Source: Psammoneis japonica (taxonomy: Eukaryota). From it: a stretch of DNA of 64,000 nucleotides. How positions within the stretch are numbered: the stretch's first letter is position 1; the number at the start of each line of letters is the position of its first letter. Shown piece after piece: positions 27,236 through 37,376 of the stretch. The translations under genes were made by a program, and so were the position numbers. The stretch covers positions 166,979 through 230,978 of the forward strand of contig QPGO01000008.1 in NCBI GenBank assembly GCA_008632985.1, in the 5' to 3' direction. The notes under the pieces were generated by a model. It ran no database searches. It was not told the origin of the DNA and saw only the letters and a program-made list of their open reading frames with translations.

Positions 27236-27790
27236 ATGTGTCCTTCTCGGATTGATGTTCGATTGGTCGAACACAAAATAAGTTTTCTTCTCAGATGCTT
27301 TCCATGTTGACATTAAAAAATACCGCAAACTGTCGAAATGTACGTGTCTCTCATGGAATGCATGGAAAGACAGGCGAACTTGGGACAAAAGAGCCTCCGT
27401 CAAGCTGTATGAAGTGTTATGGGTTCGTTATTGAAGCCGAATGTTACCTGTCACTCTGTGGAAGAGAAACGCTTTCCTGGAATGTGACTATTGTCATTCT
27501 CATATTTCGAGTCCACAATCACCGTGAGCAACACTCAGCCCCAAAGCATTCTACGAAAGGAGTCAAAACAATTAGGTTGGCCCTTGATACTGGAGGGTGC
27601 TCCACATCGAACGCAGAGACCAAACTGGTTGATGAGCCTTCGATTGCAAAATGAATTTTTTGGTGTTTTCATAGGCATTTTCTCTAGAGTACACTTCCTA
27701 AAAGTAAAATCGCGTACTTTCTCTCGAACCAATCCTAACTTGTCCAAAACACGCCGCTGTAAAACATACTACTTCTTTCTTCATTGGCAT

Positions 27791-29473
27791 TCATGATCCA
27801 AGTCTCAGCTTTTTCTGGAGCTTTGGGCTCTTGGACAGTGGCTCGCATTTAGGACAAGTTTGTTTGTGTTGTTTGAGCGTAAAGCACATGTGGTCAGCAA
27901 CACCCCGGTAGCCAGGAAAGTTAAAGCTGTTTTCCTCTGTCAACGTGTCAAAGGCTGAAAGGACCGCAAATATATAGTAATTATTGTGCATCTCTGACAT
28001 AAGTCTTGACTTCACTTCGTGTGTCACGTACATGTCAAGGTCGACAAACTGAACACCGCTTTCTGTTACCGTGTCTTTGATCGCGTTTCGATAGACCCTG
28101 TCTTTTTCATCACTTTGAAAAAGCACTGTCAAATTACCATATTTCTTTGGGATGTCAAAGGAGCAGGTCACAAACTCTTTCATCTTAGGGATAGAAGTGT
28201 CGCACCAATCAATAGTATCCCCTCGCCGGACGTGAAGTGTGCCATACGCTGTTGCTGGAAAATCTTGACGAACTCTCTCGAAAACGTTCATCGCAATTGT
28301 TTTTATCAAATTTGGAGTCGAGTCGTTCTGAATATACTCACATCTATAAGGAAGGGCATTGATGTCCTCCGCCTTGACCATTGTTGACTCGATGTCTTGA
28401 AGCGCCTGTACCAACGCTTTGCGACTCTTGTCTGGAACAAGATAAAGGTGAGAAGAGGAGAAGTGCGTGAGCGAAATAGTTCGAGTATCACTTTGCGTAA
28501 GAAATATGTCAACAGTGGACTCACAAAAGCTTTTGCGGAACTCCCACACAAAAACTTGGTCTGTTCTTCCGGTCCGCTGATCATTTACGAATCGATTCAG
28601 CTCCACAAAATCCGACGCAGCCTCCTTCGGACTTTTAGAAACAAGTCTTAAGGGCGTTGTCTCATGCGAGAAAAGTTGGTCTACAAAATTGTCAACATTT
28701 CTTGCTTTTCCTTTGATACCGGACTCGTGAGTGAAGTTCTTAGCAGCTTCGAGATCTAGAACCGCAACTGAATCGTCTTCTTTGAATCGGAAATCGAAGA
28801 AATCTGACCAGCGCATGCTGGAGTCGACGAACTCGCCAGAATTATGTTGCCTGCCGAGCATGAAAAAAGGAGGTGGGATATAAAGTGTCGCGCACAAATA
28901 GCCAGCGAACTTGAGCAAGTGCTTTATAACATTTCTCCTGTCCTTGAGTCCCGCACCTTCAGGGCAAAAAACAACAGATCTAATGTATAAGTGCTGCCAC
29001 TCCATTGCCAGCCAGGCCGGCGCCGGTTAACCCACACTCCCAGCACATTACAAGAATGTGGCAGGAGTTGACAAGGACTCACCTTCAGGGCCAAGATAAA
29101 TGATTGCATTTTGGTGCCTTGATGGGCAAGATCTCCAGCAATTTGGTATCGACGCGTTACCATCGATAAAATCATTCATGGCTGTATCCAAGTTGGTTCC
29201 GTCTCTGCTCTCAATCACATTACCAGTGCTCACCCTTTTTCTTGTTTCGTTTTCGTCAAACGCGGTGAAGAATCCAAATGTGTATCCGACGAGCAGGCAA
29301 AGGATAAGAGACCACCGACCATTTAAGTAAAGGTTTCGTGAGTCTTTCCTTGACGCATCTTTCGTTTTCGTTGCCTTTTTCATCTTTTGTTGCGGCGGCA
29401 ACCACCAACCATTCAAGTAAAGGTTTCGCGAGTCTTTCCTTAATGCATCTTTCGTTTTCGTCGCATTTTTCAT
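27791..29473 (-). CDS. Type II membrane fucosyltransferase-like glycosyltransferase; introns 29082-28957 and 28524-28432 (alternative start 29383)
   Basis: TM segment WSLILCLLVGYTFGFF; HVRRGD and FQSDE motifs. The spliced product is collinear with the intronless paralog at 30167-31552. Confidence 0.75.
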
Positions 29474-29734
29474 CTTTTGCGCGGCCCGTAGAGTTCGTGT
29501 TGGAGAGAAAAAGACGAGACAAAGCAAAAATGTGAAGCCATGCTGTACCTCTCACGACTCACCTTGCGAAGTTGGTAGAACTCTTACGTACAGTACAGTA
29601 CAGATTACAGTACAATCGACATTTGCGCAAATGTCTGCTGTCAGCCCCGACCGCGCTCGTCGCGCGCGGTTTGTCAATCGTAAGGTCCGCCTGTCGTCCG
29701 TTTAGCTCAAAAGAAACTCTGTGTACTACCGTAC

Positions 29735-30130
29735 CGTAGCTACTCACTCTAGAGAGTAGCTAGTAGCTAGCTACTCCTAGCTCTAGAGAGTAGCTAGTAG
29801 CTAGCTACTCCTAGCTCTACTAGAGAGAGTAGCTAGCTACTCTCTAGTAGCTGTAGCTACTCTAGCTAGAGAGTAGAGAGTAGAGTAGAGAGCCACTCTA
29901 CTCTAGCTAGAGTAGTGCTACTCTTGAGTAGAGAGAGACTCCTCTCTACTCTCTACGATAGCTCTCTAGAGTAAAGGCTGTGGTACCCAACAGTCTCACA
30001 CTACCAGAACGGTACCAGAGTCTACCTGCTCTACCGGTACTCTACTCTAGAGTAGGCCCCTACTAGCTAGTAGTAGGTACCGACTGCATATCTAGCTACT
30101 CGCAGAGTCAATTCTACCAGTAGAGATGGA
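29735..30130. repeat. TpA-saturated low-complexity tract (TAG/CTA/AGAG permutations) including a perfect 2x34-bp tandem at 29750-29817
   Basis: tagagagtagctagtagctagctactcctagctc occurs twice; surrounding sequence is built from tag, cta, ctct and agag words. Confidence 0.85.
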
Positions 30131-30166
30131 ACATACTGTGCTGTAGTTCTATTTCAAAGACGTCAT

Positions 30167-31552
30167 CTAAGGACCTTTCTTAAGTTTGTTGTTCAACCTG
30201 TCGTCGTATGCAAGGGGCGAGCATCGCGGACAGATATGTTTGTGGTGCCTAAATGCAAAGAACATATGTTTTGATATCTCTGGGTATCCAGGATATTGGA
30301 ACGTGCCATCTTTGACAAATGCGTCGAAAGCTTTGATCACAGCGAATGTGTAGTAATTGTCATGCATTTCTGATGGAAGTTTCCCCATTATTTCTTGCCG
30401 TACAAACAAATCCAAATCCACAAACTGCACCCCGAGGTCTTCTATTAATGCCTTCACCTGGTCCCGATAGGTGATGTCTCTTTCATCACTCTGAAAGAGT
30501 ATCGTGAAGCTTTGTCCAAATGCAGCTGTTCCGTTGAAGGAGCATGCCAGAAACTTTTTCAGTTGGCGCACGGATGTATCACACCATTCAACGGTGTCAC
30601 CTCTTCTCACGTGCATTGTGCCATAAATGGAATCGGGGTATTTTTGGCGAATGCGTTCCCATACGTTTGTGGAAATTGTTCGTATCAAATTTGGCACGGT
30701 GTCTGGCTGAGTGTACTCGCAGTTGTAAGGAAGAGAAAGCTCTTCTTGTTCAGATGATTGCCTTTTGACCTCCTCCAAAGCTTCAGCAAGTTGTTTACGA
30801 TATACGTAGAAATTCTTTCGGATTTCCCAAACAAATCTTTGTTCCATATTGTCATCACCTATCTGCTGCTTTACAAATTTCTCCGCTGCGAGAAAGTCTC
30901 GTCTCACCTCGGAAGGGTTTAGAGACTTCAGTCTGAATGGATTCGGACCATGCGGAAAGAGTCGTTCCACAAATCTTTCAACGTTTCTAGAGTCATCTTT
31001 GCTCGTTGATTCATGAGTGAAATTCCTAGCAGCTTCCAAGTCAAAAACAGCGACAGAGTCGTCTTGCTTGAACCTGAAGTCGAAAAAGTCTGACCACCGA
31101 ATGCTTGTATCGACATAATTGTTGTCATTGTGTTGTGCCCCAAGTTGGAAGTGTGGCGGTGGAATATACAATGTGGCGCATAGATAGCCAGCATACTTTA
31201 ACATGTGCTTGATAATGTTCCTCGCATCCTTCAGTCCTGCACCTTCAGGGCCGAGGAAAATGATTGCATTTTGGTGCCTTACGTGTGGAGGGCATATCCT
31301 CATGCAGGCTGAGGCTGCGACTTCAGTGTCCAAAGGTCCATGGATGTCGGTGACATGTATTTCAGATGTCATATCAGCAGTGGTGAATTCGTCCTTGTTA
31401 GACATCTTGGTGACGATATCGCCAGAGCTGTTTGGGTTGTTCACCGGAATCGTCCGCAACAAACCCGCCGAATAGCATACAAACAAACAAAGCATCAGCG
31501 CCCATCTTCCCTGAAAATGTCTGACATCCTCGCTTCGTTTGCTACCTTTCAT
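30167..31552 (-). CDS. Intronless paralog of the fucosyltransferase-like gene
   Basis: Likely ATG at MKGSKRS; TM WALMLCLFVCYSAGLL; HQNAIIFLGPEGAGLKD, HVRRGD and FQSDE, all shared with the neighbouring gene. Confidence 0.8.
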   Translation of the reverse strand: MKGSKRSEDVRHFQGRWALMLCLFVCYSAGLLRTIPVNNPNSSGDIVTKMSNKDEFTTADMTSEIHVTDIHGPLDTEVAASACMRICPPHVRHQNAIIFLGPEGAGLKDARNIIKHMLKYAGYLCATLYIPPPHFQLGAQHNDNNYVDTSIRWSDFFDFRFKQDDSVAVFDLEAARNFTHESTSKDDSRNVERFVERLFPHGPNPFRLKSLNPSEVRRDFLAAEKFVKQQIGDDNMEQRFVWEIRKNFYVYRKQLAEALEEVKRQSSEQEELSLPYNCEYTQPDTVPNLIRTISTNVWERIRQKYPDSIYGTMHVRRGDTVEWCDTSVRQLKKFLACSFNGTAAFGQSFTILFQSDERDITYRDQVKALIEDLGVQFVDLDLFVRQEIMGKLPSEMHDNYYTFAVIKAFDAFVKDGTFQYPGYPEISKHMFFAFRHHKHICPRCSPLAYDDRLNNKLKKGP

Positions 31553-31799
31553 TTTGCTCTCGGGACTGATTCTGTGGCCAGTGAGTTGCCAGTCGTTGGA
31601 AGCCAGTTGGCCGTTGGCCGCATGAAGCAGGCCGTGATGAGGGGTAACGAAACGAAGCAAAAAGTGACCGCGATAGACTGGAGACTGGATCCGCGACCGC
31701 GATCCTGTTCGTTATTACAGTAGGGCCCTATTGCTATTACCGCCACCTCATAGAGTTCCGTTTTGACGTCATGCAGGGGCAATATCCTTTTTTTCTACG

Positions 31800-33300
31800 G
31801 TGTGTGCGTGTCGTGCATCGATGTGAGTGAGAACTGGAGTGCGGGGAATGCATTTCTGCTGGCAGACAGGTGCTCGCTCAGCTGTGTTTGTGGTCCTGCC
31901 TTGCCGTCTCGAGTTTGTGGGTGCTGTACGATGAGTTGTCGTTTGCGAGTTGCCCCTGTTGTCATGATGCTGTTCATGATCTGGTGGACCTCCTGTGGAA
32001 ATTGCAGTGTGTGAACTTGCCATGTGTCGTTTGGCGTTGGGGATTTCTTGTTCTTTTTTCTCACACAGGCTGCAAGCTCTCTCCAGCAAGGTCAGCTTAA
32101 ATGCACTCTTGGATGTTTGTGAAAATGTCAGGTGGGGCAGATCAAGAGGTCAAATTTGCGCTGAGTTTGACGATGTTGTTGCAACCAGCATCAACTCTCA
32201 GGGTGTCAACGAAGATGCAAAGATGCAAGCAGGCAGTTGGCAGCATTCATCGTGAGACCCCACAAATGCAGAGGGACCCTCTTGTGGAGCTCTGCGTGAA
32301 TTTTTGTGTGTGGTGCTGAAACATGCAGCCCACACACGCAAAACTGGTGCAGTTTCTGCGACAAAAATTGGAAAAAACGCCCAGGCTCACGAGATGGCTC
32401 TGGTGCAAAACCTGCGTGAACAGCCACCATGCATTCATGTAGAACTCTGCACATTTCTGGGTTGCGGGTCCCTCTGTGTTTGTGGGGTCTCACGATGAGC
32501 ATGGCTGCAGGAAAGAGCCAGAAGCTGCTTTTTTTTAAAACACAATTCTGGGGTCTGCCCAGAAGTTGGTGTGCACATGCCCTTTTTTGGCATGTGCACA
32601 CTCATTTTCTCACCACTTGTGCTGCCAGCATGTTGTTGGTTTCCTTTGTGAGCTGCAAGCACTGGCTCTTCACAGTGACAGAGATCATCCAAATTACAAG
32701 GTTTGTCAACAGGTTTGCGAGTTGTGCCTGTTGTCACGATGTTGTTCATGATCTGGACCTCCTGTGGAAACTGCAGTGGGTGAACTTGCTCTCTCCAACA
32801 AAGTCAGCTTAAATGCACTCTTGGACATTTGTGAGGGTGTCAGATCCAGAGGTCCAATTTGCTGAGTTTGACGATGTTGTTGCAGCTGCAACCCCCCGTC
32901 AGCTCTCAGGGTGTCAACGAAGATGCAAGCAGGCAGTTGGCAGCATGGCTGCAGGAAAGAGCCTGAAGCTGTTTTTTGGAAAAAGCATGATTCTGGGGTC
33001 TGCCAAGAAGTTGGTGTGCACATGCCCTTTTTTGGCATGTGCGCACTCATTTTCTCACTGCTTGCGCTGCCAGCGTGTTGCTGGTGTTTCTTTTGCAAGC
33101 TGCATGCACCGGCTCTTCAACAGAGATCCAAATCACAAGGTTTGCTGACAGTGCCCTCCCCCAGGACATGACGTGACTTCTCTGATTGTTCATTTTGAAT
33201 TGTCAGTGGATGAGATGATGAGCACCCCGAAAGGCAAGCCTCGAACAGCTGAACGGACGGACAAAATTGTTTTTTGTCCTTTTCGATGCTACGTGTCACG
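31800..33300. repeat. Small TpA-depleted island containing a diverged direct duplication (about 31941-32660 vs 32712-33110)
   Basis: Shared blocks gtttgcgagttg..ctgttgtca.gatg.tgttcatgatctgg, gtcagcttaaatgcactcttgga and atggctgcaggaaagagcc appear in both copies. Confidence 0.75.
32247..32498. mobile_element. 252-bp MITE with 33-bp TIRs and a 4-bp TSD (GCAT)
   Basis: tcatcgtgagaccccacaaatgcagagggaccc ... gggtccctctgtgtttgtggggtctcacgatga, with gcat on both sides. The empty site ggcagttggcagcatggctgcagg is present at about 32932-32955. Confidence 0.9.
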
Positions 33301-33801
33301 CATGTGTCACGAATGCCGTCACGCCAGTGTCGGTCACGCACACTCCCAGCTTGGGAGGTCTGGGCCACGCACGACCACACAAGTCGCATTCTGTTGCCTC
33401 ATCTCTCATACAAATCCTACATCATGAAGAAATGTCCGATCGACTGTGCGGTACGGTACTTTGAGCCTCTTCTTCCTGTGTGCAGGAACAACGTCGAAAA
33501 ATACCGCACCCAACACGTGACAGCCGAAAACTTCATTGCATTATTATGCACCGTCAGTAAGTCACCTTTGAATAGGTCAAAGGATACTGTGCTGCAGCAC
33601 AATCGATTCCCCTCCACTCTTTGCTCTGTTGGTTGAAAGTCTCTGGAAGGAAAGCGATCGTGAGAGAATTGACATTCGCGAAACAAATCGTCGCTATCCT
33701 ATCCGGTATTGGTCGTTGCTTGTAAGCTCTGGATAGTGACGCCAAAACCTCTCGCTTCAGTTTAGAACGCAGCACGGAGAAGCCTCAGGACGACTACTAA
33801 T

Positions 33802-36141
33802 ATGGCTGGTGAATATGGTCATTCGTGGGATATACCTGCAAAGAATCACTTCGGCGTCATGGACTGGCGCGGTATCCCCCCGCCTCAGTCTATTCTGCAG
33901 CCTATCATCACGCCGCTCACGTTTCCCACCATTGTGAACAATGGCTCAAGTGGTCGTCGGAGTTTCTCGTCTCTGTCAGAGGAGACAGAGCAGAAAAACG
34001 GTGACAATCGAAAAACTTCGGAAGATCAGGAAGAAGAAATCGTGCCTCAGGTTGCTTCGAAGAAAAGCAAGAAGGCGAAGAGTGATAGTGATGTTACGTA
34101 CTACCATCCCACCGTAAACAAGCAGGATATTGTCTTGTTGGAGGAAAATGGAAAGCTTGTAAACCATCGCAAGATTCGTGGGAATAACCGACTTCGCGTT
34201 CTTTTGCACGTGTCGAAACAAAAGGATTTGAACGAATATCAACAGTCATGCCTCGCAGAGCAGATAGTGCAGGTTATCCGTGAGGACTGGAAAGGGAATA
34301 TTTACTATTGCGTGCCCGAGACGAAGCATCTTCTCCGTTTAAAGACGAAGGTGACAGATGAAGATGATGCTTATGAAGCTATGCTGCTTCTTGTTGAACA
34401 AAACCAAGATGATTTGAGTGTAATGTTTGAAGAGTGGAAAGTTGCATGTATTGCCAAACAGCGATCAAACCAGCGATTGACAACAGCCGAAGGCAGAGTA
34501 TCACATCAAGCAAATCCCACCTCGTCCCCCCCTTTGAATAGTGATTCGGGAAAGAAGCGAAGAATATCCGATATTTCAACCGCTTCAACGTCTGAACTCA
34601 AAAGGCAAAAAGAGGCAAGCAAGGGTCCATCTAAAGAAGGCACCCCACAAGAGAAGAACAATGACGGCATTTCACAAGCGACTAGTTCTTTTGCTCAAGA
34701 GTCTAGCTTCTTACCTCCTGACTATATAAAGGGGTTAAGCGACATGCGTGAAGCTGCTATCGCAAGTCTCAAATACAAGCAAGAGCGTGACTTGGCTTAT
34801 GGACGTCGCGACAATACTCGCATGGCACTCCTGGCGTCTCAACACGATCTTATTGGAACTGCACATTTACCGGAGCGCAGTTTCAATCCAAATGCTCAAA
34901 ACAAGGCGAATCAAGGCGAGTCAACGTTGTTGTCGTCTCCGCAACCAGTGGCGCCTTCAACAGCACCTCCGTGGAGGGAATTGAGTGCGTTAGAAGCTTT
35001 GTGTTCCATGGTCAGTCGGGATTCTCCAAGCCAAGACGGAGAGAATAGCACAGGCAAGCCGGTGTCCGTGGAGGGCGACAGTAGTGGCAACAAGAAACCG
35101 CAGGCACAATGTTCAGAACAGGATGGCGATGGTTCAACAGATCCTCCATCTCCCCAACAAGACTCGAACGGTCGCCCCAAGCCGGAGAAAGCGTGGAACG
35201 TGATGTTCCAACGGCTTTGCAAGTACAAGGAAGCGTTTGGGGACTGCTTAGTACCCTATAGCTGGGAGCATGATAGGAAATTGGGGTAAGTTTGGTCGTG
35301 GAGGAACAGAATGGAAAGTAGTTTTGTGATTGCTGGTATGCTGACCCTTGTTTGTTTTTGAAATGAAAGAGATTGGGTATCAGTGCAAAGAAAGCGCTAC
35401 AAGAAGGGACTCTTACAAAGAGATCGTACTGAGCGGTTGGAGGCTGTCGGCTTTGTTTGGGCGCTGCGACAACAAGAACCGTGGGATTCGATGTTTGATC
35501 GTTTGGTTGAATTCAAACGTTTGCATGGGCATTTGGTTGTTCCGCTGGGGTACAAGCCATTCCCTAAGTTGGCACGATGGGTCGTGGACCAACGCAACCA
35601 CATTCGAAGAGGAAAGCTGGCAAAGCGTCGAGCAGAAAAACTGGAGTCCATTGGCTTCTTGAGTAAGGCATGTGAGCAGAAGAGCGAGGCGAGTGAACAG
35701 ATAACCAGATGCCACGCGGCGCTACCTCCTTTGCTCCCCAAACCATCCCCAATGCCTGCCCAAGAAGTTCAGCAAGTTGAAGCAGAAAACTTCAACACAG
35801 ATACGGTTGTAACAAACAACGAGGAAGACGAAGGCAGTTGGCATCTTTTTGAAAACATCAGAAGTGACGTTGGACTGTGGGACGAACGCATGTTCCACAG
35901 ATTACTCGTCTACAGACAAGCAAACGGCCACTGTTACGTCCCTGAAAACTATAAGCACGACCCTTTCTTGGGTCGATGGGTTTCTGCGGTACGATCAAAC
36001 AAAGAGCTTCTTCCACTCCAACACGTCCGAAAGTTGGAATCGATTGGCTTTGTGTTCAGCGTGCTCCAACAGCTACCGTGGGACAACATGGTGCAACGTC
36101 TTCAATTGGCAGGCAGTAGGACTGCGATTGGGCACTTCTAA
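33802..36141 (+). CDS. Helicase-associated (HA) repeat protein with about 3 HA domains and a possible degenerate DUF6824-like N-terminal region; intron 35286-35369
   Basis: WNVMFQRLCKYKEAFGDCLVP..KLG/DWVSVQR..LEAVGFVW; WDSMFDRLVEFKRLHGHLVVP; MFHRLLVYRQANGHCYVP. The intron restores the frame. Confidence 0.85.
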
Positions 36142-36390
36142 AAGAAAGATGAAAGGCGGGAATTTTTTTTTGTCAACAAGACATTTAAAATGAAGTATTA
36201 CTGAATTGTCGGAGAGATGAACGACGTCCACCCAAGGATTCATGTGATACAGATTGCGCATACACGAATCTACAGATTGCGCATACACGAATCTACAGAC
36301 TCTATAGTGCTTCTATACAGTAGAAGGAATCGCATCATATACCGTAGGTTCGAACAACGCGAACATTGATTCGTTAGGTCTATTTTCGTT

Positions 36391-37098
36391 TTAGATAACC
36401 CTTGCACGCTTCAGCCGCCGAACAAATGGTTTAGTGGTGAGGACGACCACTGGAAGTCTAAGTGGCTCAAAAGCCTCGTTCACCACTAAAGTAAGGCCAA
36501 TGGTACCCAGAGTAGGATCCAGCGTTTCACTTAGATGCCATCCTGTCCAGCTATCGAAAGTAGCAAAGAGATTCATGACATCGACATTGCCGATCGTAAT
36601 GGCACTATAAGTGAGGATCGCCGTGCTGCCCCACACTAGCCAATACCAGAACATAAATGGCATACCGTAGTCTTGAACTAAGGCTTTGAATTGGCCCCGA
36701 ATGGTGAACAATTCGCCAGTGTTAATTCGCTTCTTCATAAGCAACAAGGCCAAGTCCTTTTCGAGTTTTCTCAGTTCCATTTCCTTCTGGTAGTCCGAGA
36801 GGGATGCTACTCGCTGCTTTTCCTTCAGCTGTTCTTCCTGTGTCATGGGTTCTTCGTCAAAAGAGGAACTGCACACTGGTAGAGTCGGATGGAACGCATA
36901 AGAAGAAATGCTAGTGCCAGAATACCAACGACGCTGGGGACGTGATAACGAGGGATCCAACGTTGAAGCACATGATAACGATGACAAGCTCTGAACTTTC
37001 AGTAAACTTGACTCAATTTCTCTTCGAAACGATGAACTTAGAAAACGACTGCGGCAGGAACCGCTAATGAACCCACAACCCGTCCTCAGCAACAGCAT
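36391..37098 (-). CDS. DUF1279/FAM210-like membrane protein, probably mitochondrial
   Basis: Ser/Arg-rich N-terminal presequence; FKALVQDYGMPFMFWYW...LVVNEAFEPLRLPVVVLTTKP. Confidence 0.75.
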   Translation of the reverse strand: MLLLRTGCGFISGSCRSRFLSSSFRREIESSLLKVQSLSSLSCASTLDPSLSRPQRRWYSGTSISSYAFHPTLPVCSSSFDEEPMTQEEQLKEKQRVASLSDYQKEMELRKLEKDLALLLMKKRINTGELFTIRGQFKALVQDYGMPFMFWYWLVWGSTAILTYSAITIGNVDVMNLFATFDSWTGWHLSETLDPTLGTIGLTLVVNEAFEPLRLPVVVLTTKPFVRRLKRARVI

Positions 37099-37376
37099 CT
37101 TCCTGGTTGCTGATTGACGAAATGGTTTGAAGCGAGGCGCTGCGAGCGCTGAGGCCGGTCGCGCTGCGCGCAGCTTGCGGGCTATGATGGCGTTTTTCTG
37201 CGGACACAGGTGGCCGGAAACACAGTTTGCAAGTTGAGCTACTGTAGTCTACTCTTAGAGCTCTAGAGTAGAGAATAGGAACAGTACATATACCGTAGAA
37301 GTACAACAAGAGACAAACAATGCGTACGGTAAATGCACGGTTTATTAATTAATAAAGGTAGACCATCCGAATATTC

